Source: Rickettsiaceae bacterium (lineage in GTDB: Bacteria; Pseudomonadota; Alphaproteobacteria; Rickettsiales; UBA1997). From it: DNA of 64,000 bases. The position numbers were made by a program, and so were the translations under genes. Below the pieces are notes generated by a model. That model did no database searches. It saw only the letters and a program-made list of their open reading frames with translations, and had not been told where the DNA came from. Location of the stretch: contig JAJTCH010000002.1 in the NCBI GenBank assembly GCA_021323225.1, forward strand, positions 76,425 to 140,424, given 5' to 3'. This document shows positions 51,289-61,189 of this stretch, in pieces; the stretch's first letter is position 1, and every line of letters begins with the position of its first letter.

Positions 51289-52581
51289 ATGATCCCTAGA
51301 TATTCCAGAAAAGAGATGGCCGATATTTGGTCAGAACAAAATAAATACCAAATTTGGTTTGAAATTGAGGCTTTCGCCGTAGAAGCAATGGAACAGCTAG
51401 GTATTGTGCCAAAAGGTGTTGCGGCGGATATTTGGAAAAAGGGGAAATTTAATGTGGAAAGAATCCTAGAAATTGAAGCTATCACCAAACATGATGTTAT
51501 TGCTTTTCTAACCAATTTAGCGGAATCAATCGGCGAAAATTCCCGCTTTGTTCACATGGGGATGACCAGCTCTGATGTTTTGGACACTTGCCTTTCCAAG
51601 CAATTAACCCAAGCAGCGGATATTTTGTTGGAGGATTTAGAAAGATTGTTAAAGGCCCTAAAAGATAAAGCTTTTGAACATAAAAATTCACTTTGTGTTG
51701 GCAGAAGCCATGGTATTCACGCCGAGCCAACTACTTTTGGCCTAAAAATGGCCAGATTCTATGCTGAATTCAAACGTAACAAAGCTAGATTAATTGCCGC
51801 TAGAAAAGAAATTGCCGTTTGCGCAATTTCTGGCGCAGTTGGCACTCATGCCACAATTGATCCTTTTGTGCAAAAATATGTTGCAGAAAAGCTGAAATTG
51901 GAAGAAGAAGAAATTTCCAGTCAAGTTATCCCTAGAGACCGCCACGCTCAATTCTTTGCCACACTTGGCGTTATTGCCTCTTCAATTGAAAATATCGCGG
52001 TTGAAATTCGCCATTTGCAAAGAACTGAGGTTTTAGAAGCAGAAGAGTTTTTCTCAAAAGGACAGAAAGGTAGCTCGGCAATGCCTCATAAGCGCAATCC
52101 AGTTTTGTCAGAAAATTTAACTGGCTTAGCTAGAATTGTTAGAAGCGCCGTTAATCCAATGATGGAAAATGTTGCTTTGTGGCATGAGCGCGACATTTCT
52201 CACTCTTCAGTTGAAAGAATGCTGGCACCGGATGCAACCGTGGTACTTGATTTTGCTCTAAACCGCCTGGTTGGTTTGGTAGAAAATTTGCTGGTTTATC
52301 CGGACAATATGATGAAAAACCTAAATAAGCTAAATGGCTTGGTATTTTCACAAAGAGTTTTGTTAACACTTATTGATGAAGCCAAGATTTCTCGTGAAGA
52401 AGCTTATAAAATCGTTCAAACCAGTGCCATGAAAGTTTGGCAGGAAGGTTGTGATTTCTATGAGCTACTAAAGCAGGACAAAAAAATTATGGAATCTTTG
52501 GGGGAAAAGAAATTGAAGGCAGTTTTTGATTATTCATTTTATACCAAAAATGTTGATCAAATTTTTGGAAGAGTCTTCTAA
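51289..52581 (+). CDS. purB: adenylosuccinate lyase
   Basis: MIPRYSRKEMADIWSE..., the fumarate-lyase signature GSSAMPHKRNP, and SHSSVER. Confidence 0.95.
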   Translation: MIPRYSRKEMADIWSEQNKYQIWFEIEAFAVEAMEQLGIVPKGVAADIWKKGKFNVERILEIEAITKHDVIAFLTNLAESIGENSRFVHMGMTSSDVLDTCLSKQLTQAADILLEDLERLLKALKDKAFEHKNSLCVGRSHGIHAEPTTFGLKMARFYAEFKRNKARLIAARKEIAVCAISGAVGTHATIDPFVQKYVAEKLKLEEEEISSQVIPRDRHAQFFATLGVIASSIENIAVEIRHLQRTEVLEAEEFFSKGQKGSSAMPHKRNPVLSENLTGLARIVRSAVNPMMENVALWHERDISHSSVERMLAPDATVVLDFALNRLVGLVENLLVYPDNMMKNLNKLNGLVFSQRVLLTLIDEAKISREEAYKIVQTSAMKVWQEGCDFYELLKQDKKIMESLGEKKLKAVFDYSFYTKNVDQIFGRVF

Positions 52582-52618
52582 AATATATCTCAAAGACAGG
52601 ATTTAATGCATTATCCTC

Positions 52619-52720
52619 CTGAATTGCCACGTCGCTTCTCTCCTTGCAATGAAGGCTGAGAGCTTATCTTATAATTTCCAGTATCGTCATTGCGGGGGGA
52701 GAAGCGACGCGGCAATCCAG
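52619..52720. repeat. palindromic MITE-like element (type 2, diverged copy)
   Basis: ctgaattgccacgtcgcttctctccttgcaatgaagg ... cgtcattgcggggggagaagcgacgcggcaatccag: imperfect inverted arms of the same family. Confidence 0.75.
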
Positions 52721-52947
52721 AAATAAATTAAACAAAAAAAGCATAAATTTTTTCTGCTGGAAATTCTTATTCCTCCCGAACATGCTTTAAAATCAAGCCT
52801 TTTGCGAATTTAGGGGATTTACTTTTAAAAATAGCAGCAATAAAATGCCCTCCCGAACTACAATCGGTTGGGTTGTTAGAATCTCTAACTTTTAGAACCT
52901 AGTTCTAAATCACCTGGCCGGATAACAATCTTCAAAAACAATCCCAA

Positions 52948-54393
52948 ATGACGAAAACTAACAATGGCTCTGCCCATGTTCTTGCCAATTCCATTGCTGA
53001 TGTTCTTAGCCTGGTTAAAAGTAACGATATAAAATTCATCGATTTTCGCTTTACCGACTATAACGGCAAATGGCTCCACATCAGCCACTGTGCCGATGCA
53101 GTTGGAGAAGAAGAATTGACAAAAGGCGTTGCTTTTGATGGTTCTTCTGTTCCTGCTTGGAAAGAAATTAATGAATCAGACATGATTCTCATGCCACAAA
53201 TTGAAACTGCCTTTATTGATCCTTTTGCTGCCTTACCAACTTTGGTGTTAACTTGCGATGTTATTGAACCAAGCACTGGTAAAGGTTATGATCGCGACCC
53301 TCGTCATACTGCAAAATTAGCTGAAGAATATCTTAAATCAACCGGCATTGGCGATGTTGCTTATTTTGGTCCTGAACCGGAATTTTTTGTTTTTGATGAT
53401 ATAAAATACCAAACCAAATCTAATGGCTGCTCTTACGAAATTGATTCTGAAGAAGCTCCACACAATAACGGCAAACATTATGAGAGTGGCAATATGGGCC
53501 ACAGATCTTCAATTAAAGGTGCTTATTTTGATCTCGCGCCACTTGATAGTGGAAGCGACATACGTGGCGAAATGGTTGAAACATTGCGTGAAGTTGGCAT
53601 TACTCCAATTTTGCATCATCACGAAGTTGCTAATGCTCAATTCGAAATTGGCTTTAAATTTAGCACTTTGACAGACACTGCAGACAATGTTCAAAAATTT
53701 AAATATGTTGTCCGCAATGTTTGCAATTCATATGGCAAAACTGCCACTTTTATGCCTAAACCAATTTTTGGTGATAATGGTTCTGGAATGCATGTTCACC
53801 AATCAATCTGGAAAAATGGTAAACCATTATTTCCAGGAACTGGGGAAGCTGGCCTTTCTGAATTAGCAATCTACTATATCGGCGGCATTATTAAACATGC
53901 TAAAGCTATTAACGCTTTCACCAACCCATCAACTAATAGCTATAAAAGATTAGTTCCTGGTTTTGAAGCTCCGGTCATTTTGGCTTATTCTTCAAGAAAC
54001 CGTTCTGCATCAATCAGAATTCCTCACGTTACCAATGAAAAAGCTAGAAGAATTGAAGCCAGATTTCCTGATCCAACTGCTAATGCTTATCTTGGTTTTG
54101 CAGCAATGTTGATGGCTGGTCTTGATGGCATCATTAATAAAATCCATCCTGGTAAAGCTGACAATCGTGATTTGTATGAACTTCCTGAAAAAGAATTGAA
54201 GAAAATTCCTACAGTCGCTAGAAATCTGCGCGAAGCTTTAGCTGCTCTTGATAAAGATCGCGAGTTCTTGAAAAAAGGTGGTGTGTTTAGTGATGATCAA
54301 ATTGATGCTTATATCAAATTGAAGATGAAAGAAGTTGAAAAATATGAGCAAATGCCTCACCCGGTTGAGTTCGAAATGTACTACAATTCCTAA
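52948..54393 (+). CDS. glnA: glutamine synthetase, type I
   Basis: FIDFRFTDYNGKWLHIS, FGPEPEFFVFD, KPIFGDNGSGMHVHQS, NSYKRLVPGFEAP and the adenylylation-loop region NRDLYELP. Confidence 0.95.
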   Translation: MTKTNNGSAHVLANSIADVLSLVKSNDIKFIDFRFTDYNGKWLHISHCADAVGEEELTKGVAFDGSSVPAWKEINESDMILMPQIETAFIDPFAALPTLVLTCDVIEPSTGKGYDRDPRHTAKLAEEYLKSTGIGDVAYFGPEPEFFVFDDIKYQTKSNGCSYEIDSEEAPHNNGKHYESGNMGHRSSIKGAYFDLAPLDSGSDIRGEMVETLREVGITPILHHHEVANAQFEIGFKFSTLTDTADNVQKFKYVVRNVCNSYGKTATFMPKPIFGDNGSGMHVHQSIWKNGKPLFPGTGEAGLSELAIYYIGGIIKHAKAINAFTNPSTNSYKRLVPGFEAPVILAYSSRNRSASIRIPHVTNEKARRIEARFPDPTANAYLGFAAMLMAGLDGIINKIHPGKADNRDLYELPEKELKKIPTVARNLREALAALDKDREFLKKGGVFSDDQIDAYIKLKMKEVEKYEQMPHPVEFEMYYNS

Positions 54394-54405
54394 TTCCACA
54401 TCTAT

Positions 54406-54440
54406 TCCCGGACAAATTAACTTTGTCCGGGATTCTATTT
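54406..54440 (+). terminator. Rho-independent terminator after glnA
   Basis: tcccggacaaa-ttaac-tttgtccggga, a perfect 11-bp stem followed by a T-rich tract. Confidence 0.7.
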
Positions 54441-54486
54441 AAAAATCCCACAAATCATTTGACAATTTTTATTTATAAAACTTTAA

Positions 54487-54502
54487 TGTTCCACGTAGAA
54501 CA
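54487..54502. promoter_or_regulatory. parS-like centromere site
   Basis: TGTTCCACGTAGAACA versus the consensus TGTTNCACGTGAAACA differs at two central positions. It lies 29 nt upstream of parA, and an identical copy lies after parA. Confidence 0.75.
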
Positions 54503-54530
54503 TTCTGTCTATAAATTAAAATTCCCCATC

Positions 54531-55319
54531 ATGACAAAATTTACTGACAAGCCCACTAGGATTATCTCTGTAGTTAATCAGAAAGGTGGGGTTGGAAAAA
54601 CAACTAGCGTTGTTAATCTTGCTACTGCCTTTGCTAATTTAAAAAGAAAAGTTTTGGTTATTGATTTTGATCCGCAAGGCAATGCTAGTACCGGTCTCGG
54701 GCTTTATCAACAAGATAGAACTCACAGCATTTATGATGTGATGATTGGAAGTTGTGATATTAAAGATGCAATATTCAAAACCGAGGTAAAGAATTTGTTT
54801 TTAATACCAGCCACAGTTCATCTATCTGCATGTGAAGTAGAATTAACCAATATTCCAAATCGAGAATTTATTCTCAGAGATAAATTAAGAACCATTGCTC
54901 ATGATTATGATTGCATAATTATCGACTGTCCACCATCACTTGGATTATTAACTATCAATGCTTTGTGCGCTATTGATTCAATTCTGATTCCAATGCAATG
55001 TGAGTTCTTTGCATTAGAAGGGTTAAGTCATCTACTTACTACTCTTGAAATGATTAAAAATAATCTAAATCCTAATTTAAAAATTAGCGGTATAATGCTC
55101 ACAATGCATGACAGAAGAAATAAATTAACCGAGCAGGTGGAAAATGATGTAAGAGAATTTCTACAAGCCATGGTTTATAAAGTCATTGTTCCTAGAAATG
55201 TTAAATTATCTGAAGCTCCATCTTACGGAATTCCAGCTCTAATTTATGACTCAACTTGTCCAGGTTCAATTGCTTATACTAGATTAGCAAAAGAAATAAT
55301 TGAAAAAGAAAAACTATAA
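54531..55319 (+). CDS. parA: chromosome partitioning ATPase ParA (Soj)
   Basis: Deviant Walker A NQKGGVGKTT; DFDPQGNAS; IIDCPPSLG. The start is set at ATG MTKFTDK because the longer ORF-track start runs through the glnA terminator and parS. Confidence 0.95.
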   Translation: MTKFTDKPTRIISVVNQKGGVGKTTSVVNLATAFANLKRKVLVIDFDPQGNASTGLGLYQQDRTHSIYDVMIGSCDIKDAIFKTEVKNLFLIPATVHLSACEVELTNIPNREFILRDKLRTIAHDYDCIIIDCPPSLGLLTINALCAIDSILIPMQCEFFALEGLSHLLTTLEMIKNNLNPNLKISGIMLTMHDRRNKLTEQVENDVREFLQAMVYKVIVPRNVKLSEAPSYGIPALIYDSTCPGSIAYTRLAKEIIEKEKL

Positions 55320-55326
55320 TAACTTT

Positions 55327-55342
55327 TGTTCCACGTAGAACA
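55327..55342. promoter_or_regulatory. parS-like centromere site (second copy)
   Basis: The same 18-nt core tgttccacgtagaacatt as at 54487, located between parA and parB. Confidence 0.75.
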
Positions 55343-55360
55343 TTTAAATAATAAAAAACT

Positions 55361-56293
55361 ATGGAAATCAACAATGACAGAAAATTAGGCCGCGGTCTAT
55401 CAGCTTTATTAGGCGATAGTCCTAAAACCAAAGAATCCAAAATAGACTCGCTTCTAAATGGCGAAGAGTCTGTACAGTCCCTGGCAATGCAAAATATTAT
55501 TGCTGGAGTTTACCAGCCACGAAAAGCATTTGATGATCAAAAACTAACTGAGCTAAGCAACTCAATTCGTGAAAATGGAGTTGTCCAACCCATTATTGTA
55601 AGAGCTACTGATAAAAATGGTGTCTTTGAAATTGTAGCTGGAGAACGCAGATTTAGAGCAGCAAAAATGGCTGGTTTAGTAAAAATACCAGCAATAGTAA
55701 AAGATATAAATAACACCCAAGCTTTGGAATTCGCTATTATTGAGAATGTGCAAAGAGCTGATTTATCTCCAATCGAAGAAGCCAATGGATATAAACAATT
55801 AATGAATGAATTTGAATATACGCAAGATCAAGTTGCTAAAAAAATTGGCCGCAGCAGAAGTCATGTTGCGAATATCTTGAGACTTTTATTTTTGCCTGTA
55901 GAAGTACAACAAATGTTAGATCTTGGAAAAATAACATTTGGCCATGCCAAAGCCATAATGAATAGTGAAGATGTGGTTGATATTGCTAGACAGATTGTTG
56001 CAAATAATTGGACAGTTCGTGATGTTGAAGCTTTCTTAAGAAATAGTGGATCTTTGGCAGAAGAGCAGGGAGATGGAGAGGAGCAAACAGATAAAGTTAA
56101 AAAACCAACTCCTTCGTCACCAAAAAACAAAAAAGTCAAAAATCAAAAAGTTAGAGATATTGAATCTCAAATTGCAGCTTTATTTCCTAACACTGTAGTG
56201 AGAGCAGAATTTGATCAACAGAGACAACAGGGAAGAATTACCATTTCTTTTAAAGACTTGGCTGAAATTGAAGAGCTGGTAAACAACCTCTAA
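55361..56293 (+). CDS. parB: chromosome partitioning protein ParB (Spo0J)
   Basis: LGRGLSALLG, the ParB box IVAGERRFRAAKMAG, and HTH YTQDQVAKKIGRSRSHVANILRLL. Confidence 0.95.
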   Translation: MEINNDRKLGRGLSALLGDSPKTKESKIDSLLNGEESVQSLAMQNIIAGVYQPRKAFDDQKLTELSNSIRENGVVQPIIVRATDKNGVFEIVAGERRFRAAKMAGLVKIPAIVKDINNTQALEFAIIENVQRADLSPIEEANGYKQLMNEFEYTQDQVAKKIGRSRSHVANILRLLFLPVEVQQMLDLGKITFGHAKAIMNSEDVVDIARQIVANNWTVRDVEAFLRNSGSLAEEQGDGEEQTDKVKKPTPSSPKNKKVKNQKVRDIESQIAALFPNTVVRAEFDQQRQQGRITISFKDLAEIEELVNNL

Positions 56294-56341
56294 TTTCTAC
56301 CCAGAATGAGTGAATAATTTTGGCTTTATTTTTTTAAGTTT

Positions 56342-56449
56342 CTGGATTGTCACATCATTGACTGCGTATGCTCCTCACAAGGATGGTTGGGAATTTTATG
56401 CAGAAATTTCAATATTGTTATTGTAAGGAACAAAATGATAACAATCCAG
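56342..56449. repeat. palindromic MITE-like element (type 2, degenerate copy)
   Basis: It starts ctggattgtcac...gctcctcacaaggatgg and ends ...gataacaatccag. The terminal cores are retained and the interior has decayed. It sits between convergent parB and the PCS-like gene. Confidence 0.6.
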
Positions 56450-56509
56450 AATAATTCATTTTCCTTAAAAATCTTTCGTTACTGCTATCAATAGATTTGG
56501 ATTTGGCGG

Positions 56510-57295
56510 TTATTTAGAGACCACTAAATAACCGCGGTAATTAGCGCCATCTTTGGTATTCATTGCTTTCAACATATCAGAAACACTAACCCAATACCAA
56601 CCATTCCTGTGACCCGCAACATCCATCACCAAAACTTGGTCGCTTACTGCATCAAAAGCAGTAATTAAGGACATATGTCCATTGGTTTTTAAGTCTAAAA
56701 TTTTGCCATCAAAATTTACTAACAGAAATTTTTTATCATCCGCCAAAATTTCTTTTAGCAATTTTCTAAATTTCTCTGAGGATTTTTCATCAACAGTTTC
56801 AACATGGGTAACTTTAACTTTTAGCTGATAAATTTTTAAGATATCGGACAATTGCCTTAAAGTAACACCAGGATCAAAAACATTTTTATCATTCTCATTT
56901 TCCTTAGTAATATTTTGCAAATTGATAATTTTACGATCCTTAATTTTATCAGTTTTATCATTTAAGAAAGTAAGCTGGGAGTAAGCGGTAAAGTCAATAT
57001 TACCACCACCAAAAGCCTTTGGTTTTGTCACTTCTAGCTCTTTTTGACTGGCGATTTCCTTTTCATCGTTAATAGCATTTAGAATGATAACAGAACTTGC
57101 TATGCCGCAATAAAGCGGATTGATTTGTGGCTGAAAGTGATCTGCCAGTTGATAAAAATCATTCTTATATTGGCTGCTATTAAATATCTCTAAACCCTCT
57201 TTACTATTCCATTTTTTAGTAATCTTGCTTTCCGCCGCAAAACTAGCATTTACAAAAAACAATAAAAAAGTCAGTGATTTAATAAAATTTTTCAT
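56510..57295 (-). CDS. phytochelatin synthase-like protein (peptidase C83, bacterial half-PCS), secreted
   Basis: Signal peptide MKNFIKSLTFLLFFVNASFA. FYQLADHFQPQINPLYCGIASSVIILNAIN matches the PCS catalytic-Cys motif Q..P.YCG.AS...LNAL. A later GHMSLITAFD (His) and VLVMDVAGHRNGWYWVSVSDMLKAM (Asp region) are also present. Confidence 0.8.
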   Translation of the reverse strand: MKNFIKSLTFLLFFVNASFAAESKITKKWNSKEGLEIFNSSQYKNDFYQLADHFQPQINPLYCGIASSVIILNAINDEKEIASQKELEVTKPKAFGGGNIDFTAYSQLTFLNDKTDKIKDRKIINLQNITKENENDKNVFDPGVTLRQLSDILKIYQLKVKVTHVETVDEKSSEKFRKLLKEILADDKKFLLVNFDGKILDLKTNGHMSLITAFDAVSDQVLVMDVAGHRNGWYWVSVSDMLKAMNTKDGANYRGYLVVSK

Positions 57296-57411
57296 GGCTC
57301 CAGATATTTGATTGTTTTTTTTGCTATTAATTTGAGAATAAGCAAAGCGATGAGAAGAAACAAATGGTCGCACTTGAAAATAAAAAAATCCACTAATTTA
57401 TCAATAATCCA

Positions 57412-58272
57412 ATGAGCATAATTTCTCAAAAAACCATCAACAAAAAAGTAAGCTGCAACGGCATTGGACTGCATAGTGGCAAAGAAGTTAAAATGTCTTT
57501 ATTGCCTGCACCGGAAAATAGCGGAATCATTTTTAGAAGAGTTGATGTTACTGATAAAAATAACCAAATTTTAGCCAATTATAAAAATGTCACTACCACT
57601 AATTTAGGCACTACAATTGCCAATTCAGATAATGTTAAAGTTGCCACTATTGAACATTTGATGGCAGCAATTTGGGGTTGCGCAATTGATAATTTAATTG
57701 TTGAGCTAAATTCCGAAGAAATTCCGATTATGGATGGCAGCTCAGCAGCTTTTATTTTTCTGATTGAATGCGCCGGCGTTCATGCTCAAGAAGAGCCAAG
57801 AAAAATCATCGAAATTTTAAAAACCGTAAATGTGCAAGATGGTGATAAATCTTTGACTATTGAACCATCACGAGAATTTTCAATTGATTTGCTTATTGAT
57901 TTTAATCATCAGCAATTAGGGAAGCAGAATTTCGATTTTCATTCCAATCACACTTCTTTCAAAAATGATATTTCTAGGGCAAGAACTTTTGCTTTTGAAA
58001 GAGATATTGAAAAAATGCGCAGTATGGGCCTAGCACTTGGCGGCTCTTTAAAAAATGCCATCGTGATTGGCGAAAATGGCATCATCAATAAAGAAGGATT
58101 GCGTTATAAAGATGAGTTTGTGCGTCACAAAATGCTAGATTTTATCGGAGATATATTCCTAGCTGGCGGCTATATTCTGGGCCATTTCAAGGGAGTTAAA
58201 GCAGGACATGGAATAAACAATAAATTGCTGCATCAGCTTTTTTCTGACCAAAGCGCTTATCGTTTCGTTTAA
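57412..58272 (+). CDS. lpxC: UDP-3-O-acyl-N-acetylglucosamine deacetylase
   Basis: QKTINKKVSCNGIGLHSGKEV, TIEHLMAA, and HKMLDFIGDIFLAG...GHFKGVKAGH. Confidence 0.95.
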   Translation: MSIISQKTINKKVSCNGIGLHSGKEVKMSLLPAPENSGIIFRRVDVTDKNNQILANYKNVTTTNLGTTIANSDNVKVATIEHLMAAIWGCAIDNLIVELNSEEIPIMDGSSAAFIFLIECAGVHAQEEPRKIIEILKTVNVQDGDKSLTIEPSREFSIDLLIDFNHQQLGKQNFDFHSNHTSFKNDISRARTFAFERDIEKMRSMGLALGGSLKNAIVIGENGIINKEGLRYKDEFVRHKMLDFIGDIFLAGGYILGHFKGVKAGHGINNKLLHQLFSDQSAYRFV

Positions 58273-58396
58273 TTTCAATTATTTTTAGTGATCTAAAATC
58301 ACTTTAAGCCGGAAGTTTTTCTTGCACTTCCGGCAAGCTACCGTTAGAATCCGCAACCTATTTTCCTTATTAAAATAATCAAAAAATCTACACCCA

Positions 58397-61186
58397 ATGA
58401 CTAGCTCAACAAATCTTGATGTCGTTAGCAAAGAAATAATCCCGGTTGCCATTGAGGTGGAGATGAAGAAGTCCTATTTGGACTATGCGATGAGTGTTAT
58501 TGTTGCGCGCGCAATTCCTGATGCCTGTGACGGTTTAAAACCAGTGCACCGCCGCATTCTTTATGCCATGTATGAAGGTGGATATGACTATAACAAAGCC
58601 TTTAAAAAATCTGCGAGAATTGTCGGTGAAGTGATGGGTAAATATCACCCACATGGTGACTCTGCCATCTATGAATCTTTGGTTAGAATGGCGCAAGATT
58701 TCTCAATGCGTTTACCGCTAATTGACGGGCAGGGTAACTTTGGTTCAATTGATGATGACCCGGCTGCAGCAATGCGTTATACTGAGTCTCGCTTGAAAAA
58801 GGTTACTCACACAATGCTGGAAGATCTCGACAAAGACACAGTCGACTTTATTCCAAACTATGACGGTTCTGAAAAAGAGCCAAAAGTTATGCCGGCCAAA
58901 TTTCCCAATCTTTTGGTCAATGGCTCCGGCGGTATTGCGGTTGGTATGGCAACCAATATTCCACCTCACAATTTGGGAGAAACTATTGATGGATGTTTGG
59001 CCTATATCGACAACAATGACATCACCATTGAAGATCTGATCAAAATTATTCCCGGCCCTGACTTTCCAACTGGCGGGATAATTCTTGGTAGAGCAGGCTA
59101 TGATTCTGCAGCTAAAACTGGACGCGGTTCCGTCATCATGCGCGGCAGGCATAAAATAGAAAAATTAAAAGGTGGCAAAATTTCAATCGTCATCACCGAA
59201 ATTCCTTACCAAACCAATAAAGCCAAATTGGTAGAAAAAATTGCCGAACTAGTTAAGGAAAAAAAGATTGAAGGCATCACCGATTTGCGCGATGAATCTG
59301 ACAGAGATGGTATCCGCGTTGTAATTGAGCTACGCAAAGATGCAATGGAGGAAGTTATCATTAACCAGCTTTACAGCTTTACTCCACTACAATCTAGCTT
59401 TGGGGTTAATATGCTAGCCCTAAATCATGGTCGCCCGGAACTTCTCAATCTACTAGATGTCATCAAACTTTTTGTTGCCTTTAGAGAAAATGTTGTTGCC
59501 AGAAGAACCAATTTCTTGTTGAACAAAGCAAGAGATAAAACCCATATCTTAATTGGGTTGGCAGTTGCAGTTGCCAATATCGACGAAATTGTTGATTTGA
59601 TTAAAAAATCTCCTGATGCCGCAGTTGCAAAAGAAAAACTTTTAACCAAAAGCTGGCCATCATCCACGGTTGAAGCCATAATTAAATTGGTTCAAGACAA
59701 AGGCAATGTGGTAAAAGATGGCAAATTTTACTTTACTGAATTGCAGGCAAAAGCAATTCTAGATATGAGATTAGCCAGATTAACCGGCTTGGAAAGCGGT
59801 AAAATAAGTGAGGAACTTAAAAATCTTGCTGCTGAAATTTCTGAATATTTATCACTTCTTGCAAATCGTACAAAATTGATGCAGCTAGTTAAAGATGAGC
59901 TCGTTGCTATTAAAGAAGAATTCTCTACTCCAAGAAGATCAACAATCGAAGAAAGCGAGTTTGAAGTTGATGTTGAAGATCTAATTCCTAAAGAAGATAT
60001 GGTTGTTGTTGCCACTATGAATGGCTATATCAAACGTGTTGCCCTTTCCGCCTATCGCGCCCAAAAACGCGGTGGTAAAGGCAGAAGCGCAATGGATGTT
60101 AGAGAGGAAGATTTTGCTACCGATATTTTCGTTACCAACACTCACACTCCAATTCTGTTCTTCTCCAGCAAAGGTAAAGTTTATAAGCTTAAAACCTATA
60201 AACTGCCACTTGGAAGCCCACAAGCCCGCGGTAGAGCTTTAGTCAACCTACTTCCAATTGAGCAAGATGAAAAAATCAGCACCATTTTGGCGCTGCCAGA
60301 AAATGAAGAAAGCTGGAAAGATCTAAGCATCATCTTCGCCACTTCCAACGGTGATGTGCGTCGCAACTCGATGGATCAATTCACCGATATTAGATCAAGC
60401 GGTAAAATTGCCATGAAATTGGAAGGCGACGAAGATTTAATCGGCGTTAATCTTTGCACTGAAGATAGCGATATCTTGCTTTCCACTAAAAATGGCAAAT
60501 GTATCCGCTTCCCGGTTTCTAAGCTAAGAATTTTCCAAAGCCGAAATTCCACCGGTGTGCGTGGTATCAAACTGGAGAATGGCAATAAAGTTATCGCCAT
60601 GTCAGTTTTAAAACATTCCGAGGCCGATATTTTGGTAAAAGAACAATATCTAAAAATTCCGGTTGAGAAAAGAATTGAGCTTAAAGAAGCACTGGTCTTC
60701 AATCAAAATCTTATCACAAATCCACAAGATGATTTATTGCAACAGCCAAAAGCTTTACCGGAAGTTACTGGAACTGAGCTGAAGCAAGACATCATCCAAA
60801 ATTTGGCTATTAATGAAGATTTCATCCTTACCATTACTAAAAATGGCTATGGAAAACGCAGCTCGGCCTATGAATATCGCATCACCAATCGCGGTGGCTC
60901 AGGTATCACCAACATCATCACCTCTAAGAGAAATGGAGATGTTGTTGCCAGCTTCCCGATTGATAATTCTGACCAAGTGATGATTATCACCGATAAAGGC
61001 ACATTGATCAGAAGCGATATCAGCACAGTGAGAATTACCGGTAGAAATACTCAAGGCGTGACACTGATTAAAGCTAAAGAAAATGAAAGCGTAGTTTCAG
61101 TTGCGCGCATTGCTCACAGCGGAAATAAAGAAGTGGATGATATGGAAGTCGGAGATGGCGAGGAAGTAGAAGAAGCTAGCGAGTAA
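58397..61186 (+). CDS. gyrA: DNA gyrase subunit A
   Basis: [32 protein letters not shown], the QRDR region [28 protein letters not shown] (active-site Tyr), and C-terminal beta-pinwheel repeats with an acidic tail. Confidence 0.97.
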   Translation: MTSSTNLDVVSKEIIPVAIEVEMKKSYLDYAMSVIVARAIPDACDGLKPVHRRILYAMYEGGYDYNKAFKKSARIVGEVMGKYHPHGDSAIYESLVRMAQDFSMRLPLIDGQGNFGSIDDDPAAAMRYTESRLKKVTHTMLEDLDKDTVDFIPNYDGSEKEPKVMPAKFPNLLVNGSGGIAVGMATNIPPHNLGETIDGCLAYIDNNDITIEDLIKIIPGPDFPTGGIILGRAGYDSAAKTGRGSVIMRGRHKIEKLKGGKISIVITEIPYQTNKAKLVEKIAELVKEKKIEGITDLRDESDRDGIRVVIELRKDAMEEVIINQLYSFTPLQSSFGVNMLALNHGRPELLNLLDVIKLFVAFRENVVARRTNFLLNKARDKTHILIGLAVAVANIDEIVDLIKKSPDAAVAKEKLLTKSWPSSTVEAIIKLVQDKGNVVKDGKFYFTELQAKAILDMRLARLTGLESGKISEELKNLAAEISEYLSLLANRTKLMQLVKDELVAIKEEFSTPRRSTIEESEFEVDVEDLIPKEDMVVVATMNGYIKRVALSAYRAQKRGGKGRSAMDVREEDFATDIFVTNTHTPILFFSSKGKVYKLKTYKLPLGSPQARGRALVNLLPIEQDEKISTILALPENEESWKDLSIIFATSNGDVRRNSMDQFTDIRSSGKIAMKLEGDEDLIGVNLCTEDSDILLSTKNGKCIRFPVSKLRIFQSRNSTGVRGIKLENGNKVIAMSVLKHSEADILVKEQYLKIPVEKRIELKEALVFNQNLITNPQDDLLQQPKALPEVTGTELKQDIIQNLAINEDFILTITKNGYGKRSSAYEYRITNRGGSGITNIITSKRNGDVVASFPIDNSDQVMIITDKGTLIRSDISTVRITGRNTQGVTLIKAKENESVVSVARIAHSGNKEVDDMEVGDGEEVEEASE

Positions 61187-61189
61187 ATT

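Noticed and set aside
52722-52947. Possible sigma-54/NtrC-type promoter or glutamine riboswitch upstream of glnA (repeated ctcccgaac boxes, TGGCCGG...)
   Set aside because: No TGGCAC-N5-TTGCW match holds (the -12 GC is missing), and I cannot recognise a glnA-RNA fold. The two ctcccgaac boxes alone are too weak to call.
54423-54530. 36-aa upstream extension of parA (TTG start)
   Set aside because: It would begin inside the glnA terminator hairpin and read through the parS site. The ATG at 54531 gives the normal ParA N-terminus.
58308-58334. 9-bp-stem hairpin gccggaagt-ttttcttgc-acttccggc between lpxC and gyrA
   Set aside because: No T-run follows it, so the terminator call is weak. It could be a gyrA leader structure, but the evidence is insufficient.
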